DNA of 64,000 nt from Macrostomum lignano (GCA_002269645.1 NIVC01000387.1:439392-503391), one strand, 5' to 3'. Positions 11,453-23,910 are shown, counted from the first letter of the stretch. Program-made: numbers and translations. The notes: generated by a model not told the origin, from the sequence alone.

Positions 11453-11490
11453 CAGCTTCAGGAAGGACATGCCGCGGCGCTTTGAGGTTT
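11453..11490 (-). CDS. PLEKHG7: PLEKHG7-like micro-exon (ETSKRRGMSFLKL)
   Basis: 38 nt, phase 1 in / 0 out, acacag acceptor and GTGAGT donor; phases close with both neighbours. Confidence 0.68.
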
Positions 11491-11572
11491 CTGTGTGGGA
11501 GGAGAAGAGAGTCGGTGAAGCTCGGAAAGCTTGTTCGAATTAGACAGGAAAAATTTATGAATCGCCGCTCAC

Positions 11573-11730
11573 CATCGTTTGGCGAAAATGACTGCAGAGT
11601 CTTCTGGGTGAGGTCGGCGATGGTGTTTTGCTTCTTGAGAATCTTCTTGCTCTTCTCCTTGAGCATGTCCACCCGCGGCAGCACCTCCACGTTGAGCTCC
11701 AGCGAGCTGCGGCGCCTTTTTGGCTCCTCG
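11573..11730 (-). CDS. PLEKHG7: PLEKHG7-like N-terminal exon (EEPKRRRSSLELNVEVLPRVDMLKEKSKKILKKQNTIADLTQKTLQSFSPND)
   Basis: 158 nt, phase 2 in / 1 out, canonical sites. Confidence 0.7.
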
Positions 11731-11849
11731 CTGCAGTTTCAAAATTTTGAAATTATATTTTTAAAATATGAGTCAACACGGGTTGAAGCCCGGAAACAGT
11801 TTTACTGAGCAAAACTAACGAATTCGGAAAGCGCTGCACACAGACTTAC

Positions 11850-11914
11850 CCATTGTCCTCATTTCCAGACTCGTTGGGGCTCCTGTCCGGACTCCTCGCC
11901 TCGCCGGTCAGATT
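11850..11914 (-). CDS. PLEKHG7: PLEKHG7-like N-terminal exon (NLTGEARSPDRSPNESGNEDNG)
   Basis: 65 nt, phase 0 in / 2 out, GTAAGT donor. Confidence 0.65.
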
Positions 11915-11965
11915 CTGTCACGATTCGAAACTCGACAGATTTAACTTAAAAAACCTAAAACCTTT

Positions 11966-12380
11966 TAACCTAAAAGACGGGAGTTCTCACACCTAAAAGA
12001 CAAAAGTTCGCACACCTAAAAGACAGGAGTTCCCACACCTAAAAGACGGGAGTTCCCACACCTAAAAGACAGGAGTTCCCACACCTAAAAGACGGGAGTT
12101 CCCACACCTAAAAGACGGGAGTTCGCACACCTTAAAGACGGGAGTTCGCACACCTAAAAGACGGGAGTTCCCACACCTAAAAGACGGGAGTTCCCACACC
12201 TAAAAGACGGGAGTTCCCACACCTAAAAGACGGGAGTTCGCACACCTAAAAGACGGGAGTTCGCACACCTAAAGGACAGGAGTTCCCACACCTAAAAGAC
12301 GGGAGTTCGCACACCTTAAAGACGGGAGTTCGCACACCTAAAAGACGGGAGTTCGCACACCTATAAGACTCGAGTTCCCA
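11966..12380. repeat. 23-bp minisatellite (GAGTTC(C/G)CACACCTAAAAGACGG), about 18 copies
   Basis: Direct periodicity. Confidence 0.93.
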
Positions 12381-12949
12381 GCCTGATACCCAAATCAGAA
12401 ACACCTGACGGGATCAGCAGCTGTCAGCCTTGATCCGCCAGGAGGATCCGCAACGCTGATTTTCAGTTTCAGAAAGACAGATGAATATGCCACGCCGCCC
12501 GGCTGAGCAGCGCCTTTGTCCGACTGCAGCTTAGCGGGGCTAATCAGGCCGCTACAAGTCCGCGTGTCCCATCTCGCCTCATCTTCCGCTTGCAGCCTCC
12601 GCCTCATTAACTGAGGCCCCCGCCTGTCCTGCCCGGCCGCCGCCCGCCCTGCTCCAGGCGAGTTGAGTTCGACTTGTCACGGACCCCCCACCGACCCCCC
12701 CCCCGCCAGGCGAGGCGCATGGGACGTGTTAAGCAAAATGCGAATCATGGATGACTGCATCAGTCACACATCCAAATATTCCTCAATCCCACATGACAGT
12801 TGACAGCGACACATTCAGATGCCATGGCAGATGCGGCAGGAAAATGCTTGAGTGAAATCATGCAAAACGTTTCAAAAGAGACGGATTGAAACAAAGTTTC
12901 ACTTCTGACATCACCTGTCCGATTGTATCAAGGATGAGGAAGAACTGTA

Positions 12950-13404
12950 GCTCCATGGCCTACCGGTCATAGCAGGGTCCAGCTTCATGGCCTACCGGTC
13001 ATAGCAGGGTCCAGCTCCATGGCCTACCGGTCATAGCAGGGTCCAGCTTCATGGCCTACCGGTCATAGCAGGGTCCAGCTTCATGGCCTACCGGTCATAG
13101 CAGGGTCCAGCTTCATGGCCTACCGGTCATAGCAGGGTCCAGCTTCATGGCCTACCGGTCATAGCAGGGTCCAGCTTCATGGCCTACCGGTCATAGCAGG
13201 GTCCAGCTTCATGGCCTACCGGTCATAGCAGGGTCCAGCTTCATGGCCTACCGGTCATAGCAGGGTCCAGCTTCATGGCCTACCGGTCATAGCAGGGTCC
13301 AGCTTCATGGCCTACCGGTCATAGCAGGGTCCAGCTTCATGGCCTACCGGTCATAGCAGGGTCCAGCTCCATGGCCTACCGGTCATAGCAGGGTCCAGCT
13401 CCAT
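12950..13404. repeat. 32-bp minisatellite (CATGGCCTACCGGTCATAGCAGGGTCCAGCTT), about 14 copies
   Basis: Direct periodicity. Confidence 0.95.
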
Positions 13405-13448
13405 GCAGGTAACCCTAGCGGCTCAGCAGTGTCACAAGTCCCACTCAC

Positions 13449-13568
13449 CTTGGAATTGTAAATGGCTGCCCGACGGCCTCTCCGCCGCAGGTTCTCTTTG
13501 CTGGGCTCAGTCTCCGGCTCTTCATCATTGTCGCTGGTGAGGCTGGCGGTGCTGCCGTGTCGCTTGAT
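13449..13568 (-). CDS. PLEKHG7: PLEKHG7-like N-terminal exon (IKRHGSTASLTSDNDEEPETEPSKENLRRRGRRAAIYNSK)
   Basis: 120 nt, phase 0/0, ccccag acceptor and GTGAGT donor. Confidence 0.68.
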
Positions 13569-13705
13569 CTGGGGCGCAGTGGGTGGGAGCGGAAATTCTG
13601 TATACTGAAGCAAGCAAATCATTTTCGAATGTTGACTGTTTGAAAAATCAAAAGCATTAAATAACAGTGTTTTTTCTGCTGAAAAGGTTGTCCATTCGGT
13701 TAAAT

Positions 13706-14360
13706 AATCCCTATTCCATTGCAATCCCATATTGATAATCCCTATTCCATTGCAATCTCATATTGATAATCCCTATTCCATTGCAATCCCATATCGCTAA
13801 TCCCTATTCCATTGCAATCCCATATTGATAATCCCTATTCCATTGCAATCCCATATTGATAATCCCTATTCCATTGCAACCCCATATTGATAATCCCTAT
13901 TCCATTGCAATCCCATATTGATAATCCCTATTTCATTGCAATCTCATATCGCTAATCCCTATTCCATTGCAATCCCATATTGATAATCCCTATTCCATTG
14001 CAATCCCATATTGATAATCCCTATTCCATTGCAACCCCATATTGATAATCCCTATTCCATTGCAATCCCATATTGATAATCCCTATTCCATTGCAACCGC
14101 ATATTGATAATCCCTATTCCATTGCAATCCCATATTGATAATCCCTATTCCATTGCAATCCCATATTGATAATCCCTATTCCATTGCAACCCCATATTGA
14201 TAATCCCTATTCCATTGCAATCCCATATTGATAATCCCTATTCCATTGCAATCTCATATCGCTAATCCCTATTCCATTGCAACCGCATATTGATAATCCC
14301 TATTTCATTGCAATTTCATATCGCTAATCCCTATTCCATTGCAATCTCATATCGCTAATC
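13706..14360. repeat. 31-bp minisatellite (CCCTATTCCATTGCAATCCCATATTGATAAT), about 21 copies
   Basis: Direct periodicity. Confidence 0.95.
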
Positions 14361-14375
14361 CAAATCCGGCTGTAC

Positions 14376-14458
14376 CAGCAGGGACTGCGCGGCCCTCTGC
14401 GCGAAGGCCTTTGCACTGTAGGTGTTGGTCCTCTTCAGGCCGGCCGTGCGCCGTCTAC
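14376..14458 (-). CDS. Probable N-terminal exon (RRRTAGLKRTNTYSAKAFAQRAAQSLL)
   Basis: 83 nt, cacag acceptor and GTACAG donor, phase 0 out matches the next exon. An in-frame ATG lies just upstream (MLSRTG...). Confidence 0.55.
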
Positions 14459-14877
14459 CTGTGCGGCTCAGCATGGGTTGGATGAGTCGGTGTGTGCAAG
14501 CGCAAATTCGTTGCCGACAGCAAAACGGGAGCCGCTTTGCTCCAGCCCGGATTTAAAATATTCCCGCGCTAGAGGGACGAGGCAGCAGCCGCGCCAGCAC
14601 TGATTGGATGAGGCCGGGATCGGGGACAGATCGGGCAAATCCTCGCCAGGAGGGGCTGCCGCCTGCACTTTGCCACATTGTCTAAATGGATGAGGCACTG
14701 CAGGTATTCAATTTAATTATAATTGCAGCTTAGGATTAGCAGAAAGGCTGAGAAGCTGCTCAGAATTCGGCTTGCACTCGGATCATCCGATACCGCGCGC
14801 CCCGCCCCGCCCTCCTCCCCGACAGCCAGCATTGCTACTTGCAGTAGGCAAGTTCGCGCAGGCGCACAGCAACTCAC

Positions 14878-15008
14878 CGGCAGGCGGACGCTGGGCACCT
14901 GCAGAGTGACGCACTGACGGCCGGAGTTCACCTGCAGCGGCACCGTGGACTCGGCCTGGTTGATGGCTGCGGTGCGAGTTGAGGGTTGGCTGGAAATCAT
15001 GCGATGCC
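14878..15008 (-). CDS. Tentative exon of the RhoGEF 5' region
   Basis: ttcag acceptor, GTGAGT donor, GC-rich, but its phases cannot close with both neighbours in a single frame. Confidence 0.3.
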
Positions 15009-15054
15009 CTGAATGCGGACAGGTCATTCTTGCTACCCCAGTTTCCCTATCGCT

Positions 15055-15510
15055 CCTGAATCCAGTTCTGAATCCCTGTCACTCCAGTCCTGAATCCCTG
15101 TCACTCCAGTCCTGAATCCCTGTCACTCCAGTCCTGAATTCCTGTCACTCCAGTCCTGAATTCCTGTCACTCCAGTCCTGAATCCCTGTCACTCCAGTCC
15201 TGAATCCCTGTCACTCCAGTCCTGAATCCCTGTCACTCCAGTCCTGAATCCCTGTCACTCCAGTCCTGAATTCCTGTCACTCCAGTCCTGAATCCCTGTC
15301 ACTCCAGTCCTGAATCCCTGTCACTCCAGTCCTGAATTCCTGTCACTCCAGTCCTGAATTCTTATCACTCCAGTCCTGAATTCTTGTCACTCCAGTCATA
15401 AATTCTTATCACTCCAGTCCTGAATTCTTGTCACTCCAGTCCTAAATTCTTATCACTCCAGTCCTGAATTCCTGTCACTCAAGAACCGAATTCCTGTCAC
15501 TCCTGTGCTC
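15055..15510. repeat. 22-bp minisatellite (TCCTGAATCCCTGTCACTCCAG), about 20 copies
   Basis: Direct periodicity; abuts the donor at 15511-15512. Confidence 0.93.
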
Positions 15511-15512
15511 AC

Positions 15513-15967
15513 CCGTACGCCTGGTGGCCACGGCAGAGGGCATCTCCTTGGCCCAGGGCACCGGCGAAATTGCGGGCGACACCAAAACGTCGTCCCTGTC
15601 GCGCGGATTCTCCGCGGAATCCTCGTCGTCGCCTGCGCCGTCTCTGCGGCCGCGGGTCGCGCCCCGCTCGTAGGCGTAGAGCTCGTCCATCACGGTCGCC
15701 GAGTCCTCGTCCGCCTCCAGCTGCAGCACCAGGTGCGGCCGGCGCAGCTCGCTGAGCTCACCGGGTGGCGACTCCGTCTCCCCTCCGGTGGCGGCTGCGG
15801 CTGCGGCGTCGGTGGCGGCGGCTGCGGCCTCAGCCTCCGACTTTGCCGCCTGCTCAGCCTCGGCCTCGGTCTCCTCCGCTTCGGTCTCAGTTGCCGACTC
15901 AACCGAAGCCACGGGCGCCAGCGACAGGGGCGACGGCGGAGTCTGGGCAGCTGCCCAGTCCGCTGTG
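15513..15967 (-). CDS. Probable acidic, Ala-rich low-complexity exon (ASVESATETEAEE...LVLQLEADEDSATVMDELYAYERG...), possibly the RhoGEF N-terminus
   Basis: 455-nt open frame, high GC3, ctgcag acceptor and GTGAG donor. No recognisable domain. Confidence 0.5.
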
Positions 15968-15989
15968 CTGCAGTGGGAGGCAGGAGGGG

Positions 15990-16113
15990 TGCGAGTGTGG
16001 CGAGTGTGGCGAGTGTGGCGAGTGTGGCGAGTGTGGCGAGTGTGGCGAGTGTGGCGAGTGTGGCGAGTGTGGCGAGTGTGGCGAGTGTGGCGAGTGTGGC
16101 GAGTGTGGCGAGT
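15990..16113. repeat. 9-bp repeat (GCGAGTGTG)n
   Basis: Direct. Confidence 0.95.
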
Positions 16114-16544
16114 AAGGCGAACGAATGGCGGTCCGTGTCAGACGACACGCCGCCTCATCCGATGACTCTGGAAGGCGGGGGGACGGTTTGTACTTGAAGT
16201 GTCTGCTCGATCGAGACCGAGATCCCGGACTCAGTCTCCAGCCGCGCTCATATTTTGGTGCGGCCTTAGTTCACGCCACTGTAGATCCCAGGCACAGGAG
16301 CTGCTTAATGAAAACTGGTTGAGTTAAAAGCCGGAAATGCCCGGCACGGTGATCGATGACCGTTCCATGGCAGGTGATGCACAGCGATTTTAAATGTGCC
16401 TTGGCGTTCAGTGCTAAGAGGCAGAGTTTCGGGCTAGAGGGGCCGCACAAAGGATGACCAGCCATTGATGGGACCTGCTAGGGGATGCGCTGCGCGTACA
16501 GACAGCACAAAGCATTCGCTCCTCTGAGCGCCTTTCTCTTCTCA

Positions 16545-16880
16545 GCCGTCTCAATGGCGCCTCTCTCTTCCCTCTCAATGGCGCCTCTCTCTTCCCTCTC
16601 AATGGCGCCTCTCTCTTCCCTCTCAATGGCGCCTCTCTCTTCCCTCTTAATGGCGCCTTTCTCTTCCCTCTCAATGGCGCCTCTCTCTTCCTTCTCAATG
16701 GCGCCTCTCTCTTCCTTCTCAATGGCGCCACTCTCTTCCCTCTCAATGGCGCCTCTCTTCCCTCTCAATGGCGCCTCTCTCTTCCCTCTCAATGGCGCCT
16801 CTCCCTCCCTTCTCAATAGCGCCTCTCTCTTCCCTCTTAATGGCGCCTTTCTCTTTCCTCTCAATGGCGCCTCTCTCTTC
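16545..16880. repeat. About 24-bp minisatellite (TCTCAATGGCGCCTCTCTCTTCCC), about 14 copies
   Basis: Direct periodicity with short variants. Confidence 0.92.
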
Positions 16881-17344
16881 TTTTCATTTCAGCAGAGAAG
16901 GCGACAGCTGCTGCTGCAGGCGGCCCTCGGCTTTGATTAGAAAGCGAGTGCGAGCTGCAGCAAAGCGTGGGCTGTCGGATCGGCAGAGGGCGAGGGCGGC
17001 CCCGCCATGGCCCGGGCGGGGACAGACGCCTAATTTGAGAGAGTCACGCGATGGTGGTTGATATTCCAGCGGGCTCGACTCGAGCTCGAGCCCTTGGTGG
17101 ATTGCGCATCTGCAGGCTGATGAGCCGACTGTGCTATTCTTGGCCTGAGGAGACTCGGCTGACTTCTGCCTTTAAATGCCTCGGTCTTTTTGGCTTGGAA
17201 AAGGCGGATTCTATGTGTGTGCCCGGCTCAGAACAAACCTCGATGCAAAGGTTTGCGAATAACTAATTAGGTAAATTTCATTGTTCTGCCCTTATGACGC
17301 ATACTTAATGCGGGTGCGGTGCTGGCGACTGAGGCGCAGCTCGA

Positions 17345-17850
17345 GGTTTGTGTAATTTGTGTAGGTTTGTGTAATTTGTGTAGGTTTGTGTAATTTGTGT
17401 AGGTTTGTGTAATTTGTGTAGGTTTGTGTAATTTGTGTAGGTTTGTGTAATTTGTGTAGGTTTGTGTAATTTGTGTAGGTTTGTGTAATTTATGTAGGTT
17501 TGTGTAATTTGTGTAGGTTTGTGTAATTTATGTAGGTTTGTGTAATTTGTGTAGGTTTGTGTAATTTATGTAGGTTTGTGTAATTTGTGTAGGTTTGTGT
17601 AATTTGTGTAGGTTTGTGTAATTTGTGTAGGTTTGTGTAATTTATGTAGGTTTGGGTAATTTGTATAGGTTTGTGTAATTTGTGTAGGTTTGTGTAATTT
17701 GTGTAGGTTTGTGTAATTTGTGTAATTTGTGTAGGTTTGTGTAATTTGTGTAGGTTTGTGTAATTTGTGTAGGTTTGTGTAATTTGTGTAATTTATGTAG
17801 GTTTGTGTAATTTGTGTAGGTTTGTGTAATTTGTGTAGGTTTGTGTAATT
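17345..17850. repeat. 19-bp minisatellite (GTTTGTGTAATTTGTGTAG), about 26 copies
   Basis: Direct periodicity. Confidence 0.95.
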
Positions 17851-19992
17851 TCTGTCCTGAGTCCTGAGTCCGATGACTCCTGAGAACATGTGCGCCAATA
17901 TGTCCGAGGACTCGTACGCATGCTCACTCAAGGTGTACTGCTCACTGAAGCATGGATAGTTAATCCTATACATTTCGCTAATCCTTGAGATTTAAATAAT
18001 ACAAACTGGATTAAACTATGAACTAAGAGAATAGAATAGTGGGGTACGGGATGAGCGGGCTCGGAGCAAGCTGAGCAAATTAACTCAATAGCCAACACCG
18101 CCAGCAGAGCCATTCATCGTGTTGAACGCCCTGAAGACCAACCTGCAGATCTCTGAGGGCCATCCTGCCAGGCATCAGCTGGGGATTATTACCTACGGAA
18201 AATGAATTCTGAGCCAGCCTGTCCCTGCTGACCTCTGACAGTGGAGAAAAATCTAATGAAACTGCAGTTCCCCAGGTGCCAGTCCGCAGCTTGGCACTCG
18301 CATTGCCGCCTCACTTAGAGGCGCTCCGGCAGCCGGGTAGCAGGGAAGAGCGGGACGAGCGCCCCGTCCGGGACTCCTAATTAGTCTGGGGGGGGGGGTC
18401 CGAGTTGCGCCGGGGATGCGGCGGAGAAATAGGAAGAGGGAGAGAGGCGAGATGAGGAGCCCGGAGAGCAGCCAGAGGATAAAGGAAGCCGCGGGCTTGA
18501 AGCGACGGCAGGTGCCTGATGCGGCTCGAAAATGCGCACACACGCTCCGGGAGGCACGGGAATGGCGAGTGACAGTGGAGAGTAGGGGAGACGATGAGGC
18601 GGATTCTGCAAGGAGGCGGGGCGGGGGTCTCCGCGCGGGAAAAGCAGGTCGCGGCAGCTGCAACCAGGCCAGTTGCAGCGGCTCTCGTGTGCCCGCTTGA
18701 AGGCAGGAGGGTCCCTACTTGAAATCCAAATTCATTTTTTGCCATTTCAAGTCTACGGAAATACCGACTGGGGACGTTGGAGCAGCCATGGTAAATTTTA
18801 GACAATCAAAAATAGCAAAACCGGACAGGCAGGCGGACTGCGGGTCCCTGGCTGACTGTGCAGGCGATTCCGGAATGCTGGATGACGCAGTAGGCAAAAG
18901 GGCAAGAATTCAACAAAGCGCTTCACTGAGCACCTACCAGCAGCAGCAGTCCTGTCCGTCATCCATTGTCTCAGCCAGCAGAGGCTCTTCAGTTCATCTG
19001 GCAGCCGAGCACCGGACTTAATGGCATTAGAGGCCACTCTTGGAATCTGAATCGATCTTTGTCCGTCGCTGCTCGCTCGCTCTGTCCTCCTTTCTTCTGT
19101 CTCTCGCCGCCTCTTCTCAGCCGTCAGGCTCTGCAAATTTCTGCCTCGGCTTCCCCCAACCCCCTGTCCTACTGCCGGCCTACCTGCCCGGCATTCGTTG
19201 GGGCAAAGCGGGGGAGAAAACGAATAGGGAAGAGACAGGGGGAACAGAGTCCGCCCTTGATGGGGTCCCTGCATGACCCCTCTCAATCCATCCAGTGAAA
19301 TTCCGGGTTCCTCAGCCGGCTATTCTCAAAACTGCCTGCTGCCTTCTTCATCTCATTTTCACCTCCCGACCTCCCCAGCCTCCGCTTCCCATTAACTCGG
19401 ACCCCCCTTTCTCTCGCAGTACGTTTTTGCGTTTGCGAAGGGGAGTTTTGCAGGAGAGACATCCAGCAGAACGCAAGACAGTGAAAGAGGGACAAGAATG
19501 AATGGATAGGCACACAATGCAGGCCGGCCCTGTGATTAGCAGGCGGCTGAGGCAGAGGGAGGGCAGCTCGAGCCGGCAACAGCTTTTCCCGCTAAGAAGC
19601 GAGCGGAGAAAGCAGAGCCACTCGGCTGCTTTTGTGTAGCGGATACGCCGCCGCCCTTCTTAGCAGCATAAATTTGCCTCTGCGCCTGACAAAGGGCGCA
19701 CGCGAGCACAAGTCATCGATGCTCAAAGTCAAACTTGTGACTGCACGGAACTGATCGGCACTGACTGTGCTTCTCCGATAATCTGACCGATTCGCTCTTA
19801 TGTAGAAATGAAAGTGAAAGCGATATCCATGGATGCAAAATAAAATGACTCGTAAAGGGTGCCGGCTCAACAGATTCATTCGATGACTCGAATTTTGAAA
19901 ATCAAAGTCTGCCACTCTCAAGAAATAATAATTGCATGCAGCTCAGGGCACCCAAATCCAGCGGCTGCACCCCATTTTGCGTTACGTTTTGT

Positions 19993-20470
19993 AATTGCAG
20001 TCAATCCGCATCCGAGTTGCAGTCAATCCAGTCCCATTGCAGCCTGAAATCAGTCCTACTGCAGCCTGAAATCAAAATCGAATTGCAGTCAATCCGCATT
20101 TGAGTTGCAGTCAATCCGCATTCGAACTGCAGTCAAACCACATTCGAGTTGCAGTCAAACCGCATTCGAGTTGCAGTCAATCCGCATTGGAGTTGCAGTC
20201 AATCCGCATTGGAGTTGCAGTCAATCCGCATTGGAGTTGCAGTCAATCCGCATTTGAGTTGCAGTCAATCCGCATTGGAGTTGCAGTCAATCCGCATTGG
20301 AGTTGCAGTCAATCCGCATTCGAGTTGCAGTCAATCCGCATTCGAGTTGCAGTCAAACCGCATTCGAGTTGCAGTCAATCCGCATTGGAGTTGCAGTCAA
20401 TCCGCATTCGAACTGCAGTCAATCCGCATTCGAGTTGCAGTCAATCCGCATTCGAGTTGCAGTCAATCCG
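19993..20470. repeat. 22-bp minisatellite (GAGTTGCAGTCAATCCGCATT(C/G))
   Basis: Direct periodicity. Confidence 0.92.
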
Positions 20471-21070
20471 CTTTCTGAACTTCTTGAACTCCTCTCATGA
20501 CTTGTACACTGTATTGCAGATATCACAGGCCGAACAAGTCAAAAATGCAGAACACTGCAGAATTGCCTTCTTACGGGTCGGATCAAATCATTCAAGAGCC
20601 GCCCGCCACGGTCTCGCAGTTAACCACTGCATCGATTGCGCCGGCAAAAATTGCCAAACGGGAACAGATCTCTGCGATCAGCGGACAGAGAAGAGACAGA
20701 GATCTGCAATTCGATCCAAAGCAAGAGTCAAGAGAATCAAATGCGATCTGTGCGGCCCGGCCGTTGCCTCGGATCGCAATAAAATTATCAAAACAAAAAC
20801 GCCTTTAGGGCACAGGATGATATTTCCTGTACCGCGGCCTCGAAGCAGCGGACACTGCAGTGCTCGTAGGTTGGCAGAAAAACTCAATTACACCTGGGGA
20901 AGCTCGGTTGCAATCAGAATCCCAAACACAGCGTATTGCCGCAACTCCAGCAGCCTGGCTATACAGTTGCGAACAGGCCGATAGGAGACTCCGCGCTACA
21001 AAGTCTGCGCCCCATGGCAACTGCTTCATGCCGACTGTTTGGTTCAGAATTGCAAGTTAAAGCGGCTGCC

Positions 21071-21390
21071 CGAAATCCAGTCCCACTGCAGCCTGAAATC
21101 CAGTCCCACTGCAGCCTGAAATCCAGTCCCACTGCAGCCTGAAATCCAGTCCCACTGCAGCCCGAAATCCAGTCCCACTGCAGCCTGAAATCCAGTCCCA
21201 CTGCAGCCTGAAATCCAGTCCCACTGCAGCCTGAAATCCAGTCCCACTGCAGCCTGAAATCCAGTCCCACTGCAGCCTGAAATCCAGTCCCACTGCAGCC
21301 TGAAATCCAGTCCCACTGCAGCCTGAAATCCAGTCCCACTGCAGCCTGAAATCCAGTCCCACTGCAGCCTGAAATCCAGTCCCACTGCAG
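21071..21390. repeat. 23-bp minisatellite (CAGTCCCACTGCAGCCTGAAATC), about 14 copies
   Basis: Direct periodicity. Confidence 0.95.
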
Positions 21391-21764
21391 CAAATGATTG
21401 AAAATAAAAAGCTAAGCAAGCATATTACAATGCTGCAGATTTTAAAAGTACAAATAAAGAATGAAAAGCAGCAGCGGCGGAGAATTTACTTGATGACACA
21501 AATGAAAACCTGGTTCCAGATGAAAAATGAACGAACACGTGTCAGAAAATAACAATAATTCAAAGCTTGAAGCGAAAAATTCAAATCAAACTGCAGGTTT
21601 AAATAAATGCTAAGAGATGTCCGGCAGTGCTGCTTCACTCTGATTGGCTATGCGAGAGGCGATTCACCGCCATCTGATTGGCTGGCCGGCTTCACTAATC
21701 AAGCCGAGTCAGATAGAAAACCTGGGGAAAATAAAAATGCGAATGTACGGCCGGCCAGGGCCAA

Positions 21765-21979
21765 TCAGATCAGAGCGCAGCAGAACTGGCAGTGGTCGCA
21801 GGACACAATCAGGCTGTCGCCTCCTTGACCGTCATCAACAACCAGCACTGCGGTGTCCTCGGTGCACAGGGAGGCGTGCGCGCTGGCGCAATCAAGGAGA
21901 GACTCGCGCAGGTCACCGAGGGTCAGCCCGGGATCTGGAGTTGATGGGCCGGAAATCCTGCTTAGCTTTCCTTCTGAAG
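21765..21979 (-). CDS. RPAIN: RPAIN exon 2 (...LTLGDLRESLLDCASAHASLCTEDTAVLVVDDGQGGDSLIVSCDHCQFCCALI*)
   Basis: Completes the C-terminal Zn-finger region (H..C...C..C). The acceptor could be at 21979 or 21973; both are phase 1 and match the donor at 22469-22470. Confidence 0.75.
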
Positions 21980-22012
21980 CTGGTCAGTCACTGCGAAACT
22001 GGTGCAGGCTAA

Positions 22013-22430
22013 TGGCATGGAACTGGTGCACCTCTGCTCACTAATGGCATGGAACTGGGCCACCTCTGCTCACTAATGGTATGGAACTGGTGCACCTCTG
22101 CTCACTAATGGCATGGAAGTGGTGCCCTTCTGCTCACTAATGGCATGGAACTGGTGCACCTCTGCTCACTAATGGCATGGAACTGGTGCCCTTCTGCTCA
22201 CTAATGGCATGGAACTGGGCCACCTCTGCTCACTAATGGTATGGAACTGGTGCACCTCTGCTCACTAATGGCATGGAACTGGTGCCCTTCTGCTCACTAA
22301 TGGCATGGAACTGGTGCACCTCTGCTCACTAATGGCATGGAACTGGTGCCCTTCTGCTCACTAATGGCATGGAACTGGTGCACCTCTGCTCACTAATGGC
22401 ATGGAACTGGGCCACCTCTGCTCACTAATG
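22013..22430. repeat. 32-bp minisatellite (CTAATGGCATGGAACTGGTGCACCTCTGCTCA), 13 copies, fills most of the RPAIN intron
   Basis: Direct periodicity. Confidence 0.95.
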
Positions 22431-22470
22431 CAGGTAGCTAGTCACTATTATCGCTGATAAAAAGTCGCAC

Positions 22471-22954
22471 CTGATCCGATTCCGTCACCGCAGCAGCTGG
22501 CCGGCAGGCGGACAAGGAGGCCGCAGTCGCAGACGAGCCGGCGGCCCGCGGCGGTGCTGAGAATCCGCAGCTGGCCACAGCGGCAGGCGGGGCAGACGCA
22601 GCCGCACTGGCTGAGCTCGCGCCGCATCGCCGCCTCGATCTCTAAGAGTTCGTCGCTGTCCATCCACTCAAAGCCGCCGCCGCCGCCGCCGATCTCGGCG
22701 TCAAGGAGCTGCTCGAGCTCGCGGCGAACGTCGTAATCATCAGAGGCCGCAGCGGCGCCGTCCTCGTCAGCCTGGCGGACGCGCATAAGAAAATCGGAGC
22801 GGCGCCGGCGCATCTCCTCCAGGCAGCGCCGGCGGAAGCCGCTCTTCCAGGGACTCCGGTGCCGCGCTCGGTCGTACAGCTGCTGGTGCTGTCGGCCCAG
22901 AGGGCTGCCGGGCGCCGGGGCTGGGCTGCGCGGAGAGGTGCCGGACATCTGCAT
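22471..22954 (-). CDS. RPAIN: RPA-interacting protein (RIP/RPAIN) exon 1
   Basis: LY...SPWK..FRRRCLEEMRRRR..FL.R.RQ N-terminal motif and CPAC...L...C.CG Zn-finger. Donor CAG/GTGCG. Confidence 0.85.
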
Positions 22955-23214
22955 GGCTGTGGGTTGAGAGCAGCCTCCATGGTGAACGAGGATGCCCTAC
23001 ATGAATAGACTTGGCAATTTCTCCCCGTTTTCCGTGCATTTCCTGCTCTGCTATCTAATTTCCTCAGTCTCTTCTGGATCCTTCTAAATTTCCCAAACAA
23101 CTCGGATCTCTCCCAGATCTTCTCTTATATAGTCTCTTGGACCAACCTCAGAATGCAGACCGTTCGAAATCCGCCTAACCCGTTTCAGATTCTCTTCCAT
23201 ACCCTCCAATATTT

Positions 23215-23910
23215 TTTAGACACTCCTCATCTCTCCCAGACACTCCTACTTCTTCCCAGACACTCCTAATCTCTTCCAGACACTCCTAATCCCTCTCAAA
23301 CACTCCTAATCTCTCCTAGACACTCCTAATCTCTCCAGACACTCCTAATCTCTCCTAGACACTCCTAATCTCTCCAGACACTCCTAATCTCTCCTAGACA
23401 CTCCTAATCTCTCCCAGATACACCCAATCTCTTCCAGACACACCCAATCTCTCCCAGACACACCCAATCTCTCCCAGACACACCCAATCTCTCCCAGACA
23501 CATCCAATCTCTCCCAGAGACTCCTAAATTATCCCAGACTCTCCGTATCTCTCCCAGACACTCCTACTTCTTCCCAGACACTCCTAATCTCTTCCAGACA
23601 CTCCTAATCCCTCTCAAACACTCCCAATCTCTCCTAGACACTCCTAATCTCTCCTAGACACTCCTAATCTCTCCCAGACACACCCAATCTCTCCCAGACA
23701 CATCAATCTCTCCCAAAGACTCCTAAATTATCCCAGACTCTCCGTATCTCTCCCAGACACTCCTAATCCCTCTCAAACACTCCTAATATCTCCCAGACAC
23801 TCCTAATCCCTCTCAAACACTCCTAATATCTCCCAGACACTCCTAATCCCTCTCAAACACTCCTAATATCTCCCAGACACTCCTAATCCCTCCCGGATAC
23901 TCCTAATGTC
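23215..23910. repeat. Degenerate about 20-bp repeat (CAGACACTCCTAATCTCTCC)
   Basis: Direct, imperfect periodicity. Confidence 0.88.

Noticed and set aside
9631-11470. Repetitive ORFs on both strands (GDSKLQGRASRS, SPDLPALPCSFE and others)
   Set aside because: They are translations of a 36-bp intronic minisatellite that is open in several frames at once.
17860-19950. Short ORFs and possible exons in GC-rich unique DNA
   Set aside because: No recognisable homology and no consistent splice and phase chain on either strand.
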